Of a DNA stretch of 32,000 nt, positions 7,391 to 16,150 are shown one piece after another. Within the stretch, counting starts at the first letter, position 1. Each line of letters begins with the position of its first letter. A program made the position numbers and the translations under genes. A model generated the notes under the pieces. The model made no database searches. It had not been told where the DNA came from and saw nothing but the letters and a program-made list of their open reading frames with translations. This DNA comes from a virus, in IMG/VR virus record IMGVR_UViG_3300045988_006273, positions 2,503-34,502 of that record. The stretch is one strand, 5' to 3'.

Positions 7391-7419
7391 AGACAGCTCA
7401 CTTTGTGGGTTGTCTTTTT
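7391..7419 (+). terminator. Leader hairpin or attenuator-like terminator upstream of terS
   Basis: AGACAGCTCAC-TTT-GTGGGTTGTCT forms an 11-bp stem (2 G-U pairs) with a 3-nt loop, followed by TTTT. It lies about 12 nt upstream of the terS SD. Confidence 0.45.
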
Positions 7420-7438
7420 CAGTATCAGAAAGGAGTTG

Positions 7439-7882
7439 ATGGAAAATGGGATGACCGAGAAACAAATGAAGTTTGCCGATGAGTACATCATCAGCCTAAA
7501 TGCTTCGCAAGCGTATAAGAAGGCTTATCCTAATATTAAGAACAATGATGTTGCGAAAGCTAACGGAAGCAGACTGCTTGCTAAAGCTAACATCAAGGCT
7601 TATATAGACGAGCAGCTTGAAAAATTAAAGTCGGAACGTGTTGCGGATCAACAAGAGGTCATGGAATTTCTCACTGCCGTAATGCGTGGTGAGGTTGAAG
7701 AACCCTTACTTGTCCTGGATGGTGAGGGTATGCAGCGCATTGCTCAAGCTAAGCCGAATGTTGCCACCCGTCGAGCTGCGGCAGTTGATATCGGTAAACG
7801 TTACAGAATGTGGACAGATAAGGTCGAAGCCGATGTAACGCAAGATATCAATATTAATGTCGGTGAATGGAATGACGATTAA
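7439..7882 (+). CDS. terS: Terminase small subunit (Terminase_2 type)
   Basis: MTEKQMKFADEYIISLNASQAYKKAY matches the N-terminal HTH signature of Terminase_2 small subunits. The start is ambiguous: ATG 7439 is 3 nt after AGGAG, and ATG 7451 is the alternative. The ORF-track start at 7403 is rejected. Confidence 0.85.
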   Translation: MENGMTEKQMKFADEYIISLNASQAYKKAYPNIKNNDVAKANGSRLLAKANIKAYIDEQLEKLKSERVADQQEVMEFLTAVMRGEVEEPLLVLDGEGMQRIAQAKPNVATRRAAAVDIGKRYRMWTDKVEADVTQDININVGEWNDD

Positions 7883-9137
7883 TCTTGAAATCAATCCAAG
7901 CAGGGTGTTTAACCGTCACATCTATGAACATCTATTTGATTACGACACATTCACTGAGGTACATTACGGTGGAGCGTCAAGCGGTAAGAGCCATGGGGTC
8001 TTCCAGAAGATTGTCCTTAAAGCTCTTAAAAAGTGGGACAAACCCCGAAAGATATTGATATTGCGAAAAGTAGGTTCCACTGTTCGTGACTCGGTATTTG
8101 CTGACGTTCAAGCAGCGCTGTCTTATTTCGGTGTACTTAATCTATGCAAAGTTAACATGAGCGCATTCCGAATCGAATTGCCAAACGGTGCTGAGCTGAT
8201 TTTTAAAGGGATGGATAACCCAGAGAAGATTAAGTCTATCAAAGGCATTTCGGACGTGGTTATGGAAGAAGCGTCAGAGTTTACGCTTGATGATTATACA
8301 CAGCTGACACTTCGCTTGAGGGATAAAGCTCACAAGCAGAAACAAATCTATTTGATGTTTAACCCTGTTTCTAAAGCTAACTGGGTATATAATGCGTTCT
8401 TTGTGAAGAACCCTAAGAATACAGTGGTTTACCAAACAACGTATAAGGCCAATCGTTTCCTGGACGACTTGACCAAGGAGAATATCGAGGAACTAGCGAA
8501 TCGGAACGAAGCCTACTACAAAATCTATGCTTTGGGTGAATTCGCAACACTCGACAAACTAGTTTTTCCAAAATACGAAAAGAGATTACTTAACAAGGAC
8601 GAACTTAAACAGTTACCGTCCTTTTTTGGTCTTGACTTTGGGTTTACTAACGACCCCACGGCGTTTATGCACGTCAAAATAGACCGAGAGAACAAGCGGC
8701 TATATATCCTTGAGGAATATGTCAAAAAGGGCTTGCTTAACAACCAAATAGCAGAAGCCATCACTAGCCTTGGCTATTCAAAAGAGGTGATTATGGCTGA
8801 CTCAGCGGAGCAGAAATCTATTGCAGAATTGCAAACACTGGGATTGCGTCGAGCTATTCCAGTAGATAAGGGTAAAGGTTCGGTCCTTCAAGGGATTCAG
8901 TTCTTGCAGCAATTAGACATCATTGTCGATGAAAGGTGCGTCAAGACGATTGAGGAGCTTGAGAACTATACATGGCAGAAAGATAAACATACAAACGAGT
9001 ATATCAACAAGCCGTGTGATAGTTATAACCACTGTATCGACGCTATTAGATACGCACTTCAAAACCTTATTTTCGTCAAGGACAGACAGGACGTAGACGC
9101 TAAGATTAGAAGGGTTAACAAACTGATAAGGAGATAG
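7857..9137 (+). CDS. terL: Terminase large subunit (PBSX-type, headful)
   Basis: Walker A motif GGASSGKS, a DVVMEEASE Walker B-like motif and a C-terminal nuclease region. It overlaps the terS end. An alternative start is ATG 7872. Confidence 0.92.
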   Translation: MSVNGMTINLEINPSRVFNRHIYEHLFDYDTFTEVHYGGASSGKSHGVFQKIVLKALKKWDKPRKILILRKVGSTVRDSVFADVQAALSYFGVLNLCKVNMSAFRIELPNGAELIFKGMDNPEKIKSIKGISDVVMEEASEFTLDDYTQLTLRLRDKAHKQKQIYLMFNPVSKANWVYNAFFVKNPKNTVVYQTTYKANRFLDDLTKENIEELANRNEAYYKIYALGEFATLDKLVFPKYEKRLLNKDELKQLPSFFGLDFGFTNDPTAFMHVKIDRENKRLYILEEYVKKGLLNNQIAEAITSLGYSKEVIMADSAEQKSIAELQTLGLRRAIPVDKGKGSVLQGIQFLQQLDIIVDERCVKTIEELENYTWQKDKHTNEYINKPCDSYNHCIDAIRYALQNLIFVKDRQDVDAKIRRVNKLIRR

Positions 9138-9138
9138 A

Positions 9139-10638
9139 ATGACGAATACAACACATAGTGCTGACGATATTTTGCATGAAGGCCAGTATATCCCTAGATC
9201 GTACCAATTCGAGCGTGACATGGAGCCGACTAGCTTGCAAAAGCGTGAAGACTTTCTTCGCTTTCCCAAAGAAGCTAACACCCACTTCATGGCTCAATCA
9301 GCGGACGACCTAGTGGACACGTTCCAAGGGCGTGAGAAGTTAGAGAAGATGGTAGTTCAGTTCCAAGACGGACAGATAGACCGCTTGAATATCCTAGAGA
9401 GCTACTCAAACGGGAACAACTACACCATTCTAAATGGTCGTAAACGACTAGAACCAGAGAAAGCTGACTACCGTATTAGGCATGACCTGGGGGGACAAGC
9501 TAGCCGCTTTTTTACCGGTTATACAGTGGGGCAGCCTATTTCAATCGGAGCCACTGATGCTAATAGCGACTTGACGGCTATTGACGATTTCAACGCTTAC
9601 AACGACATTGAAGCCCTTAACCGTGAATTAGTCTATGACGCTTCACGCTTTGGGCGAGCGTTTGAGTTGCATTATTATGACGAGTTTGGCAATCCTGCAG
9701 TGGTCTTGATTGACACAAGAGAGATGTTCACAATCCGCAGTGCAGACGTCCGAAAGGATATCATTGCGGCTGTGCATTGCCCAGTTTACAACGGTGAAAT
9801 GTTTGTCACGGTCTATACGGACAACAAGATTGTTAGCTATGATCCAAACTGGCAGGAAATCGAACGAAAAGAAAACCCGTTCGGAATGGTGCCAGTGGTT
9901 GAATGGCAGAACAACCGAGAGCGTTCGGGAGACTGGGAGAAAGGTATTCCAATCATTGACGCTTATGACGCAGCAGAATCTGACACGGCTAACTATATGT
10001 CAGACCTTAACGATGCCATGCTAGTTATCAAGGGAGATGTTGAAAGTACGGGTATGAATGCATCTGACATCATGAAAATGAAACACGCTAACATGCTAGT
10101 GCTTGAGAGTGGTGTCGGACACAACGGACAGCAAACGTCACTAGATGCCGGCTATATCTACAAGCAATACGATGTCAGCGGTGTTGAAGCGTATAAATCA
10201 CGTTTGATTAAAGACTTCTTCCGCATTGTCGGACTACCTAACTTGCAAGACGATTCGACTTTCTCAGCTACGTCTGGGATTGCTATCCGCTACAAGCTAG
10301 TTGATTTGCAGCAAGTTACAGCAGTTAAGCGTGGGTTCTTTGTTAAGGCACTTCGAAGACGCTATAAGCTGCTTGAGTTGCTATCTAACAATCTTAAAGG
10401 TATTGAACCAGTGGACGCTGACATGCTGACATTTACGTTCCATGAGAATTTGCCAACGGACGTATGGGCTGAGATTCAATCAGCTATCAATTCTGGTATG
10501 GAAATCTCGCAAGAGACACTGATGGAATCAGCTAGCTTCACCGACGCTCGCAAAGAAAAGAGCCGTTTGCTCAAAGAGGGCGGGGCTACTGATCTAGAAG
10601 TTAGTCAGATTGTAGGTGTTGAGGATGATGACGAATAA
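9139..10638 (+). CDS. Portal protein (SPP1 gp6-like)
   Basis: 499 aa with an AAGGAG SD. It lies immediately after terL and before a gp7/MuF-like gene. The size and acidic C-terminus fit SPP1-type portals. Confidence 0.88.
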   Translation: MTNTTHSADDILHEGQYIPRSYQFERDMEPTSLQKREDFLRFPKEANTHFMAQSADDLVDTFQGREKLEKMVVQFQDGQIDRLNILESYSNGNNYTILNGRKRLEPEKADYRIRHDLGGQASRFFTGYTVGQPISIGATDANSDLTAIDDFNAYNDIEALNRELVYDASRFGRAFELHYYDEFGNPAVVLIDTREMFTIRSADVRKDIIAAVHCPVYNGEMFVTVYTDNKIVSYDPNWQEIERKENPFGMVPVVEWQNNRERSGDWEKGIPIIDAYDAAESDTANYMSDLNDAMLVIKGDVESTGMNASDIMKMKHANMLVLESGVGHNGQQTSLDAGYIYKQYDVSGVEAYKSRLIKDFFRIVGLPNLQDDSTFSATSGIAIRYKLVDLQQVTAVKRGFFVKALRRRYKLLELLSNNLKGIEPVDADMLTFTFHENLPTDVWAEIQSAINSGMEISQETLMESASFTDARKEKSRLLKEGGATDLEVSQIVGVEDDDE

Positions 10639-11581
10639 TGAGCGCTACAATGCTGAACGAAAGGCGCAATCAGACCTAATCAAGCGTGACATAGAACGTG
10701 ACAAGGTCTTAAAAGAGCTTTATCAAGCGTCTTATAGCCGTATGCAGAGCCAAATAAACGGCTTTTACATGCGCTACGCTGACAAAGAGGGGCTAAGTCG
10801 TGCCGAAGCTATGAAGCGAGCTAGTGAGTTCGATGTTACTGAGTACAGAGACCGAGCAAGAAAGGCAGTAGTCGAGAAAGATTTCTCACACGGCACTAAC
10901 CAATGGCTAAGACTGTTTAACCTCAAAATGAAAGTCAGCCGTTTGGAGCTACTCAAAGCAGAATTAAGGCTTGAAATAGCTAGCCTTATATCAGACGTCA
11001 ACGAAGTCTTTGACGAGGCGCGTGAGAACGAATATTTAGCCGAATTTAAGCGTCAAGCGGGTATCTTGGGCAATTCTGCCGTCAATGCAGTAAGTCGCAT
11101 GAGAGCGATTTTAGACGCTGATTTCTACGGACAGAATTTTAGTCGTAGAGTTTGGGGCAGAAATGGACTTCATGCAAACATGCAGAAGGATGTGTTTAGC
11201 TCGTTAGCGCGTATCTTCACCGACATGGACGGTTTTAAGCAGGAACGGCAGCGGTTAGCTAAGAAATATAACACAAGCCAAGCCAACGCCCAACGATTGC
11301 TCAAGACCGAAATAGCTCGCATTAATGCTGATACAGAATTGATGATGTTGAAAGAGAATAACTTCACACATTTAATCTATGTAGCAGAAAGCGGGGCTTG
11401 CGATATCTGTAAACCTTTGGATAAAAAAGCTATACCAATTAACAAGGCAGAAAAAGGGGTTAACATGTACCCGATGCACCCAAACTGTCGCTGTTCAGCG
11501 TATGGACATATCGAAATGGAATATAAAGCTGGCGGCAGCACTCTTGACGAAGAAGCTGTCAACGGCGTTTGGGGTGAATAA
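10625..11581 (+). CDS. Head morphogenesis protein (SPP1 gp7 / Mu F-like)
   Basis: The C-terminal CDICKPLDKKAIPINKAEKGVNMYPMHPNCRCS motif is typical of the MuF/gp7 domain. The start is uncertain (10616, 10625 or 10628) and overlaps the portal stop. Confidence 0.85.
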   Translation: MMTNNERYNAERKAQSDLIKRDIERDKVLKELYQASYSRMQSQINGFYMRYADKEGLSRAEAMKRASEFDVTEYRDRARKAVVEKDFSHGTNQWLRLFNLKMKVSRLELLKAELRLEIASLISDVNEVFDEARENEYLAEFKRQAGILGNSAVNAVSRMRAILDADFYGQNFSRRVWGRNGLHANMQKDVFSSLARIFTDMDGFKQERQRLAKKYNTSQANAQRLLKTEIARINADTELMMLKENNFTHLIYVAESGACDICKPLDKKAIPINKAEKGVNMYPMHPNCRCSAYGHIEMEYKAGGSTLDEEAVNGVWGE

Positions 11582-11667
11582 CCCCTTGTCCAGACCGTGC
11601 TGAGGACACTAAAAGCTGCATGAGTTCGTCGAGGTTGGACGTTAAAGCGTAAAGAAAGGAGCCTATC

Positions 11668-12219
11668 ATGGCAGAAAAAGAACTTGAAACAGTTGAGAAT
11701 CCTCAAGAGGTTGAAGCTAGCCAACCAGAAAAAGAGGAGAAAATGGTGTCAGTTGCTGAAATGCAGCGTAGACTCAAGCAGATGGAAGAGAAACACACTC
11801 TTGAAATTGCTGATATGCAGACCGGTATTCAATCTCAAATCGAGGAAGCCGTTGCTAAAGCTAAAATGAGTGAAGAAGAACTTCAAGAGCTGCAACAGAA
11901 ACAGCGTGATAAAGAATTCGAAGAAGCACAGAGCACAATTGCAGCACTTCAAGCTCAAATCGCTCAACGTCAAATGCAGGATGTCGCTATTAAAGAGCTC
12001 GAAGCTCAAGGCGTCCCCGTTAATGAGTCAACGCTTGCATTTGTTGTCAAAGGCGACGAAGAAGCTACCAAGTTAGCTGTTTCAAATATGGCTAACATTC
12101 TAAACTTGCAGAAACGAGAGGAAGCCAAAGCTCTACCACCTCGCACTAGCGGCGGAGAGGAAGGGCGTTCTCATCGTGGAAAAGACAAGTTTGACAAAGC
12201 CAAAATCACTAATTTCTAA
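11668..12219 (+). CDS. Scaffolding protein
   Basis: 183 aa, strongly acidic and helical (E/K/Q-rich), with an AAAGGAG SD. It lies directly upstream of the capsid gene. Confidence 0.75.
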   Translation: MAEKELETVENPQEVEASQPEKEEKMVSVAEMQRRLKQMEEKHTLEIADMQTGIQSQIEEAVAKAKMSEEELQELQQKQRDKEFEEAQSTIAALQAQIAQRQMQDVAIKELEAQGVPVNESTLAFVVKGDEEATKLAVSNMANILNLQKREEAKALPPRTSGGEEGRSHRGKDKFDKAKITNF

Positions 12220-12237
12220 TTTAAGAAAGGAGAGCGC

Positions 12238-13170
12238 ATGGCTCAACAAAAATTCAATCCAGACACAGTCCTATTGTCTGATTCTCTTGGAAAAGAGGTC
12301 ACATCAGAACAAATCACTGATCTATTCACTGACGAACTCGTTAAAACTTCAAAACTTATTCAACTTGGCCAAAAAGTTGAAATGGACGGCAAAATGGTCC
12401 GCAAAGGTGTTGAAGTTGGTCAATTGACAGACGCTTACTTCGTGGGTGAAGGTCAAAAAATCGGTACAGCAAAAGTACAAACTAAATCTTACGTTCTTGA
12501 ATCTCGCAAATTGGCGGTTATCTTGCCAGTGACAGAAGAAGTCCTCAACTACACTTGGACTGACTTCTTCGAATCTATCAAGGACAAGATCGTTGACTTG
12601 TTTAACAAGAAAATCGACGGGGCTGCGTTCCTTGGTTTGTATAACAACCCATTCGGTGCTAACGTTTTGGCGTCTGCTAAACGTGCTCAAAACATCGTGT
12701 CTGGCGACATCAACCTCAATAACATCTATGATGTTGAAGATAAATCAGAAAAAGAACCTAACGCATTCGTAGGTCACCGCACAATCAACCGCACACTTCG
12801 TGGGATTGTGGACAACGTGAACGGCGGTCAACACATCTTCACTAAGCCAGCCAACCCTAATGCAATCGGTGAGCTTGATGGCCTTCCATATTCTCAACTT
12901 CAATTGCAAGATGGACAAACTTACCCAGCAGGCACTTTGATCACTGGTAACTTCAACGGTTTGGTTTACGGTATTCCAAATGGGACTAACTTGCGTCTTA
13001 AAATCGCAGACCAAGCTACTTTGTCTAAAGTTCAAAATGATGGCACACTTGATTCTGGGGACGTTCACTTGTTTGAACAAGACATGCAAGCACTTCGTGC
13101 AATCTTTGAAATTGCCGTAGCGATTCCAAACGACGAAGCATTTGCAGCGATCCAACCAGTAGGGGTCTAG
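12238..13170 (+). CDS. Major capsid protein
   Basis: 310 aa with an AAAGGAG SD. Its position after the scaffold gene fits a capsid gene. Highly expressed-type codon usage is judged by eye. Confidence 0.8.
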   Translation: MAQQKFNPDTVLLSDSLGKEVTSEQITDLFTDELVKTSKLIQLGQKVEMDGKMVRKGVEVGQLTDAYFVGEGQKIGTAKVQTKSYVLESRKLAVILPVTEEVLNYTWTDFFESIKDKIVDLFNKKIDGAAFLGLYNNPFGANVLASAKRAQNIVSGDINLNNIYDVEDKSEKEPNAFVGHRTINRTLRGIVDNVNGGQHIFTKPANPNAIGELDGLPYSQLQLQDGQTYPAGTLITGNFNGLVYGIPNGTNLRLKIADQATLSKVQNDGTLDSGDVHLFEQDMQALRAIFEIAVAIPNDEAFAAIQPVGV

Positions 13171-13183
13171 TCAGGAGGTTTAA

Positions 13184-13456
13184 ATGACCTATAAAGCTAA
13201 GATTACATTCCGTGACTTGCAAGATAACGAGTATATCTATCAAGCCGGGGAAGTTTATCCACGAGAAGGCTATGAGCCATCTAAAGAGCGCGTGGCAGAG
13301 GTTCTTGAAAAAGGCGGTATCGAACCAGTCGAGCCGTCAAAAGAGCTTACAGTCAAAGAGCTCAAAGCAAAACTTGATGAAGCTGGTGTCGAGTACGATG
13401 CCAAAGCAAAGAAAGCAGATTTAGAAGAACTTCTAAAGGCTGCGGAGGAGGTCTAA
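13184..13456 (+). CDS. Small head-associated protein with a C-terminal HeH/SAP-like motif
   Basis: 90 aa. LTVKELKAKLDEAGVEYDAKAKKADLEELL is a helix-extended-helix (HeH/LEM, Rho-N-like) motif. Confidence 0.6.
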   Translation: MTYKAKITFRDLQDNEYIYQAGEVYPREGYEPSKERVAEVLEKGGIEPVEPSKELTVKELKAKLDEAGVEYDAKAKKADLEELLKAAEEV

Positions 13457-13457
13457 A

Positions 13458-13805
13458 ATGAACGATATCCAGCTCGAAAAGATTAAGCGTCGGTTGGGTA
13501 TCGACGTTGAAGACGATCTTGAGGATGAATTGATTGAAGACTTAGTCAACGACGCTGAGAGTTATTTCAAAGCATTAGTCGGAACAACCGAGATTGACAA
13601 GAAATATCATTTCATCATCGAAAATGTGGTTTACAAACTCTATGGTCGTAAGGGGTCAGAGGGTGTCAAAACCGAAAACGTAGACGGCTATTCAGTCACC
13701 TACGAGGATTGGGACGACATGTTCAAGCCTTACAGAAAGATTCTGGATAAAGATTTTGGCCTAGATGGCTCGTTAGCTCGAAAAGGTAAGGTGAAGTTTC
13801 TATGA
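13458..13805 (+). CDS. Head-tail connector (gp6/gp15-like adaptor)
   Basis: 115 aa with a GGAGGAGG SD, an acidic N-terminus and a conserved position after the capsid gene. Confidence 0.7.
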   Translation: MNDIQLEKIKRRLGIDVEDDLEDELIEDLVNDAESYFKALVGTTEIDKKYHFIIENVVYKLYGRKGSEGVKTENVDGYSVTYEDWDDMFKPYRKILDKDFGLDGSLARKGKVKFL

Positions 13806-14110
13806 AAACACCACACCGCATTAAGCTAGTGAAGCAAGGTGTTTCGACTTACAACCCAATCACTGATAAGCACGAAGAAAAGGCACAGTCTAGCAAGATT
13901 GTGCCTTGTTTAGTCAATTTTATTGACCAACAGCGTGTATTTGAAGCCTACGGGAGTAGGTCGGACGTGGTCATGATATGCCGATTCGATCAAGAGCAGA
14001 AGCCGTTTGACTACGCTCTATACGAGGGTAAGAAGTATTATCCTATCGAACGCATTGACGCACCGATAAAAGGCGCAATCCGATTGAAACGAGGTGAGCT
14101 AAATGGCTAA
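13802..14110 (+). CDS. Head closure / head-tail adaptor protein
   Basis: 102 aa with an ATGA overlap. The assignment is positional. Confidence 0.6.
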   Translation: MKTPHRIKLVKQGVSTYNPITDKHEEKAQSSKIVPCLVNFIDQQRVFEAYGSRSDVVMICRFDQEQKPFDYALYEGKKYYPIERIDAPIKGAIRLKRGELNG

Positions 14111-14456
14111 TTTCACAATCGAGTGGAGAGGGGACACAGTCCTCGCTGCCGCTTTAAACAAAGCAAGTCAAGGAGTTAGAACACAAGCTCAAAACGCTCT
14201 TAAAAACTCAGCTGAGAAAGGCAAGAGCATTTCAAAAGGTCTTGCGCCAGTGGATACCGGTTTCTTGAGAGCTAATATCACCACTAGGCACATGGGTGAA
14301 GAATCACACATTCATTCAGCCGCCTCTTATAGCGGTTTTCAAGAGTTTGGGACACGCTATCAGCCCGGTAAGCCGTTTATGCGTCCAATGATGCAACAAA
14401 TCGAGCCTTACTTCACGGAGCAAATCCGGAAAGTTATGGAAGGAGCCTTTAAATGA
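14103..14456 (+). CDS. HK97 gp10-family neck protein
   Basis: 117 aa. The PVDTGFLRANIT and FQEFGT motifs are typical of the HK97 gp10 family. Confidence 0.75.
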   Translation: MANFTIEWRGDTVLAAALNKASQGVRTQAQNALKNSAEKGKSISKGLAPVDTGFLRANITTRHMGEESHIHSAASYSGFQEFGTRYQPGKPFMRPMMQQIEPYFTEQIRKVMEGAFK

Positions 14457-14833
14457 CACCTAGCCACGACTTATTCAGAAATCTATTCGCTATTGCTAGT
14501 GAGACGCTAGCAACTTACGACTACTTACCCGATTCATCCGCAAGCTATCCTTTCGCTTTCATTGGTGAGAATAGCTCAGCACCTACACTCAATAACGACA
14601 ATTTTGGAACGATAAGACAAACCGTCCATATCTACGGGACTAGAGTGCAGCGTGCAGAGTTAGACACCTACTGCCAAGCGTTAGAACAGGCTAGCGAACG
14701 AATTAAAGGGTTTGAATACAACTTATTGAAAACTGGTACAGACAAGCAAGCTTTACCAGATAATACAGACGTCCAGCCATTGATTCACATTGTGCTGGAT
14801 TTTTCATTTTCATATACCAAAAAGGAGGAATAA
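14453..14833 (+). CDS. Tail completion / tail terminator protein
   Basis: 126 aa with an ATGA overlap, immediately upstream of the major tail protein. The assignment is positional. Confidence 0.55.
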   Translation: MTPSHDLFRNLFAIASETLATYDYLPDSSASYPFAFIGENSSAPTLNNDNFGTIRQTVHIYGTRVQRAELDTYCQALEQASERIKGFEYNLLKTGTDKQALPDNTDVQPLIHIVLDFSFSYTKKEE

Positions 14834-15376
14834 ATGGCAGAACTTATTTTGGGTAAAGACCTAATGGTCTTTTTCCGTCGTGTTAAAGACCAAAAGACGC
14901 AAGACGCTGCTAAAGTACGTTTCCAAACAGAACACACTATCAATGCTGAGAAAGAGGTTGAAACAACCAAAACCAAAGACGGTGTAGTTAACTCTATTTC
15001 AGACGGTGAAGTGTCTGGGGAATTCGTATCACTTGCTTATCGTGAGGATGGCACAACTACTGAAATGTGGCGTGAAATGCGTAAATGGTTCATTGCAGGC
15101 GAAAAAGTAGAGTGCTGGCAAGTTGACCTTGCTTCAAAACGCACTTCTGGTGGCAAGGATGTCTATGACGTTGAATATTACCAAGGCTATCTTAAGAACT
15201 TTGAAATTTCAGCACCGGCTGACGACAAAGTGGAGCTTTCTTATGAAATGGCTATCGACGGCAACGGTATTATTTCAACTGACAGCTTGACAGAAGCTCA
15301 GAAGAAAGCAGTCGCAAGCGCTCAATACGACTACCACACTCTTGCTAAAGAAGACAGCCTAGTTTCATCTATCTAG
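14834..15376 (+). CDS. Major tail protein
   Basis: 180 aa with an AAAGGAGGA SD. It is followed by a strong terminator and the chaperone pair. Confidence 0.75.
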   Translation: MAELILGKDLMVFFRRVKDQKTQDAAKVRFQTEHTINAEKEVETTKTKDGVVNSISDGEVSGEFVSLAYREDGTTTEMWREMRKWFIAGEKVECWQVDLASKRTSGGKDVYDVEYYQGYLKNFEISAPADDKVELSYEMAIDGNGIISTDSLTEAQKKAVASAQYDYHTLAKEDSLVSSI

Positions 15377-15383
15377 TCTAACT

Positions 15384-15411
15384 GCAGGGGCTTTGTGCCC
15401 TTGCTTTTTTT
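15384..15411 (+). terminator. Rho-independent terminator after the major tail gene
   Basis: GCAGGGGC-TTTGT-GCCCTTGC forms an 8-bp stem followed by T7. Confidence 0.8.
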
Positions 15412-15431
15412 GTATAAAGGAGAAATAAAAC

Positions 15432-15773
15432 ATGATTCTATCTATCAACGGACGAGACTTTAATTTGATTTTCGGACTTGCGTTCTTGCGTGAGATCAAC
15501 AAATTGCACTCAGCAGAGCTTGAAGGCATGAAGACTGGCTACGGGGCTATGACATTGATTTCAGCCGGTGTTGCTATCAACGACCCTCTTGCATTTGTAG
15601 ATATCATCAAAGCTGGTACGATTACAGCGCCACAAAAGCCAAGTGATGCTGACATTGAAGCCTATCTTGCTGATTTGATTGACAAAGGTAAATACAAGGA
15701 GACAATCGACTCTATTATCGACGAGTTAAAAGCGTCATCCCTACTCAAACTCGCAATGAACGTTCAAGAGTAG
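15432..15773 (+). CDS. Tail assembly chaperone (gpG-like)
   Basis: 113 aa with an AAAGGAG SD, immediately upstream of the tape measure gene. Confidence 0.7.
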   Translation: MILSINGRDFNLIFGLAFLREINKLHSAELEGMKTGYGAMTLISAGVAINDPLAFVDIIKAGTITAPQKPSDADIEAYLADLIDKGKYKETIDSIIDELKASSLLKLAMNVQE

Positions 15774-15814
15774 GGCAAAGTCAACCAGATTATGATTTCA
15801 GCTATGATGACGCA

Positions 15815-16147
15815 ATGGCTCTATTGATTGCAAGGCACGGCATGAGCTACGTTGAAGCTGCCAGGACAACTCTTGTTGAATTTGAGGTATACAATACCGC
15901 CTACGCAATTAAACAAGAGGATATCCGCTTCAATGCAGCAATCCAAGCATGGTATAACCAGACCGTGCAAGCTACCAAAGGCAAGGGCAAGAGTGTTCGC
16001 TCAGCTTACAGAACCTTTAATGAGTTTTATGACCATGAAAAAGAGTTCAGTAAGATATTTAAACCAGAGGACACTGCGCCTAAGAATCGAATGCTTTCGT
16101 TAGCTGATAAGAATAGAATCATCAATCAACAAAAAGAAAGGGGGTAG
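15815..16147 (+). CDS. Tail assembly chaperone, frameshift-extension part (gpT-like)
   Basis: The ATG at 15815 has no SD. Its frame is open back to 15692 and is -1 relative to 15432-15773, which fits a G/GT-type fusion. Confidence 0.6.
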   Translation: MALLIARHGMSYVEAARTTLVEFEVYNTAYAIKQEDIRFNAAIQAWYNQTVQATKGKGKSVRSAYRTFNEFYDHEKEFSKIFKPEDTAPKNRMLSLADKNRIINQQKERG

Positions 16148-16150
16148 TTA

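Noticed and set aside
5743-7438. Longer N-terminal extensions given by the ORF track (5743, 6840 and 7403; also 25822 and 26198 elsewhere)
   Set aside because: In each case a downstream ATG has an SD or a stop-start overlap with the preceding gene, and the protein family N-terminus begins there.
11377-11724. 115-aa minus-strand ORF spanning the gp7-like 3' end and the scaffold start
   Set aside because: It is antisense to two confident, well-coupled late genes. It has no SD and its composition is not protein-like.
12745-13155. 136-aa minus-strand ORF inside the major capsid gene
   Set aside because: It is antisense to a highly expressed structural gene and has no translation signals.
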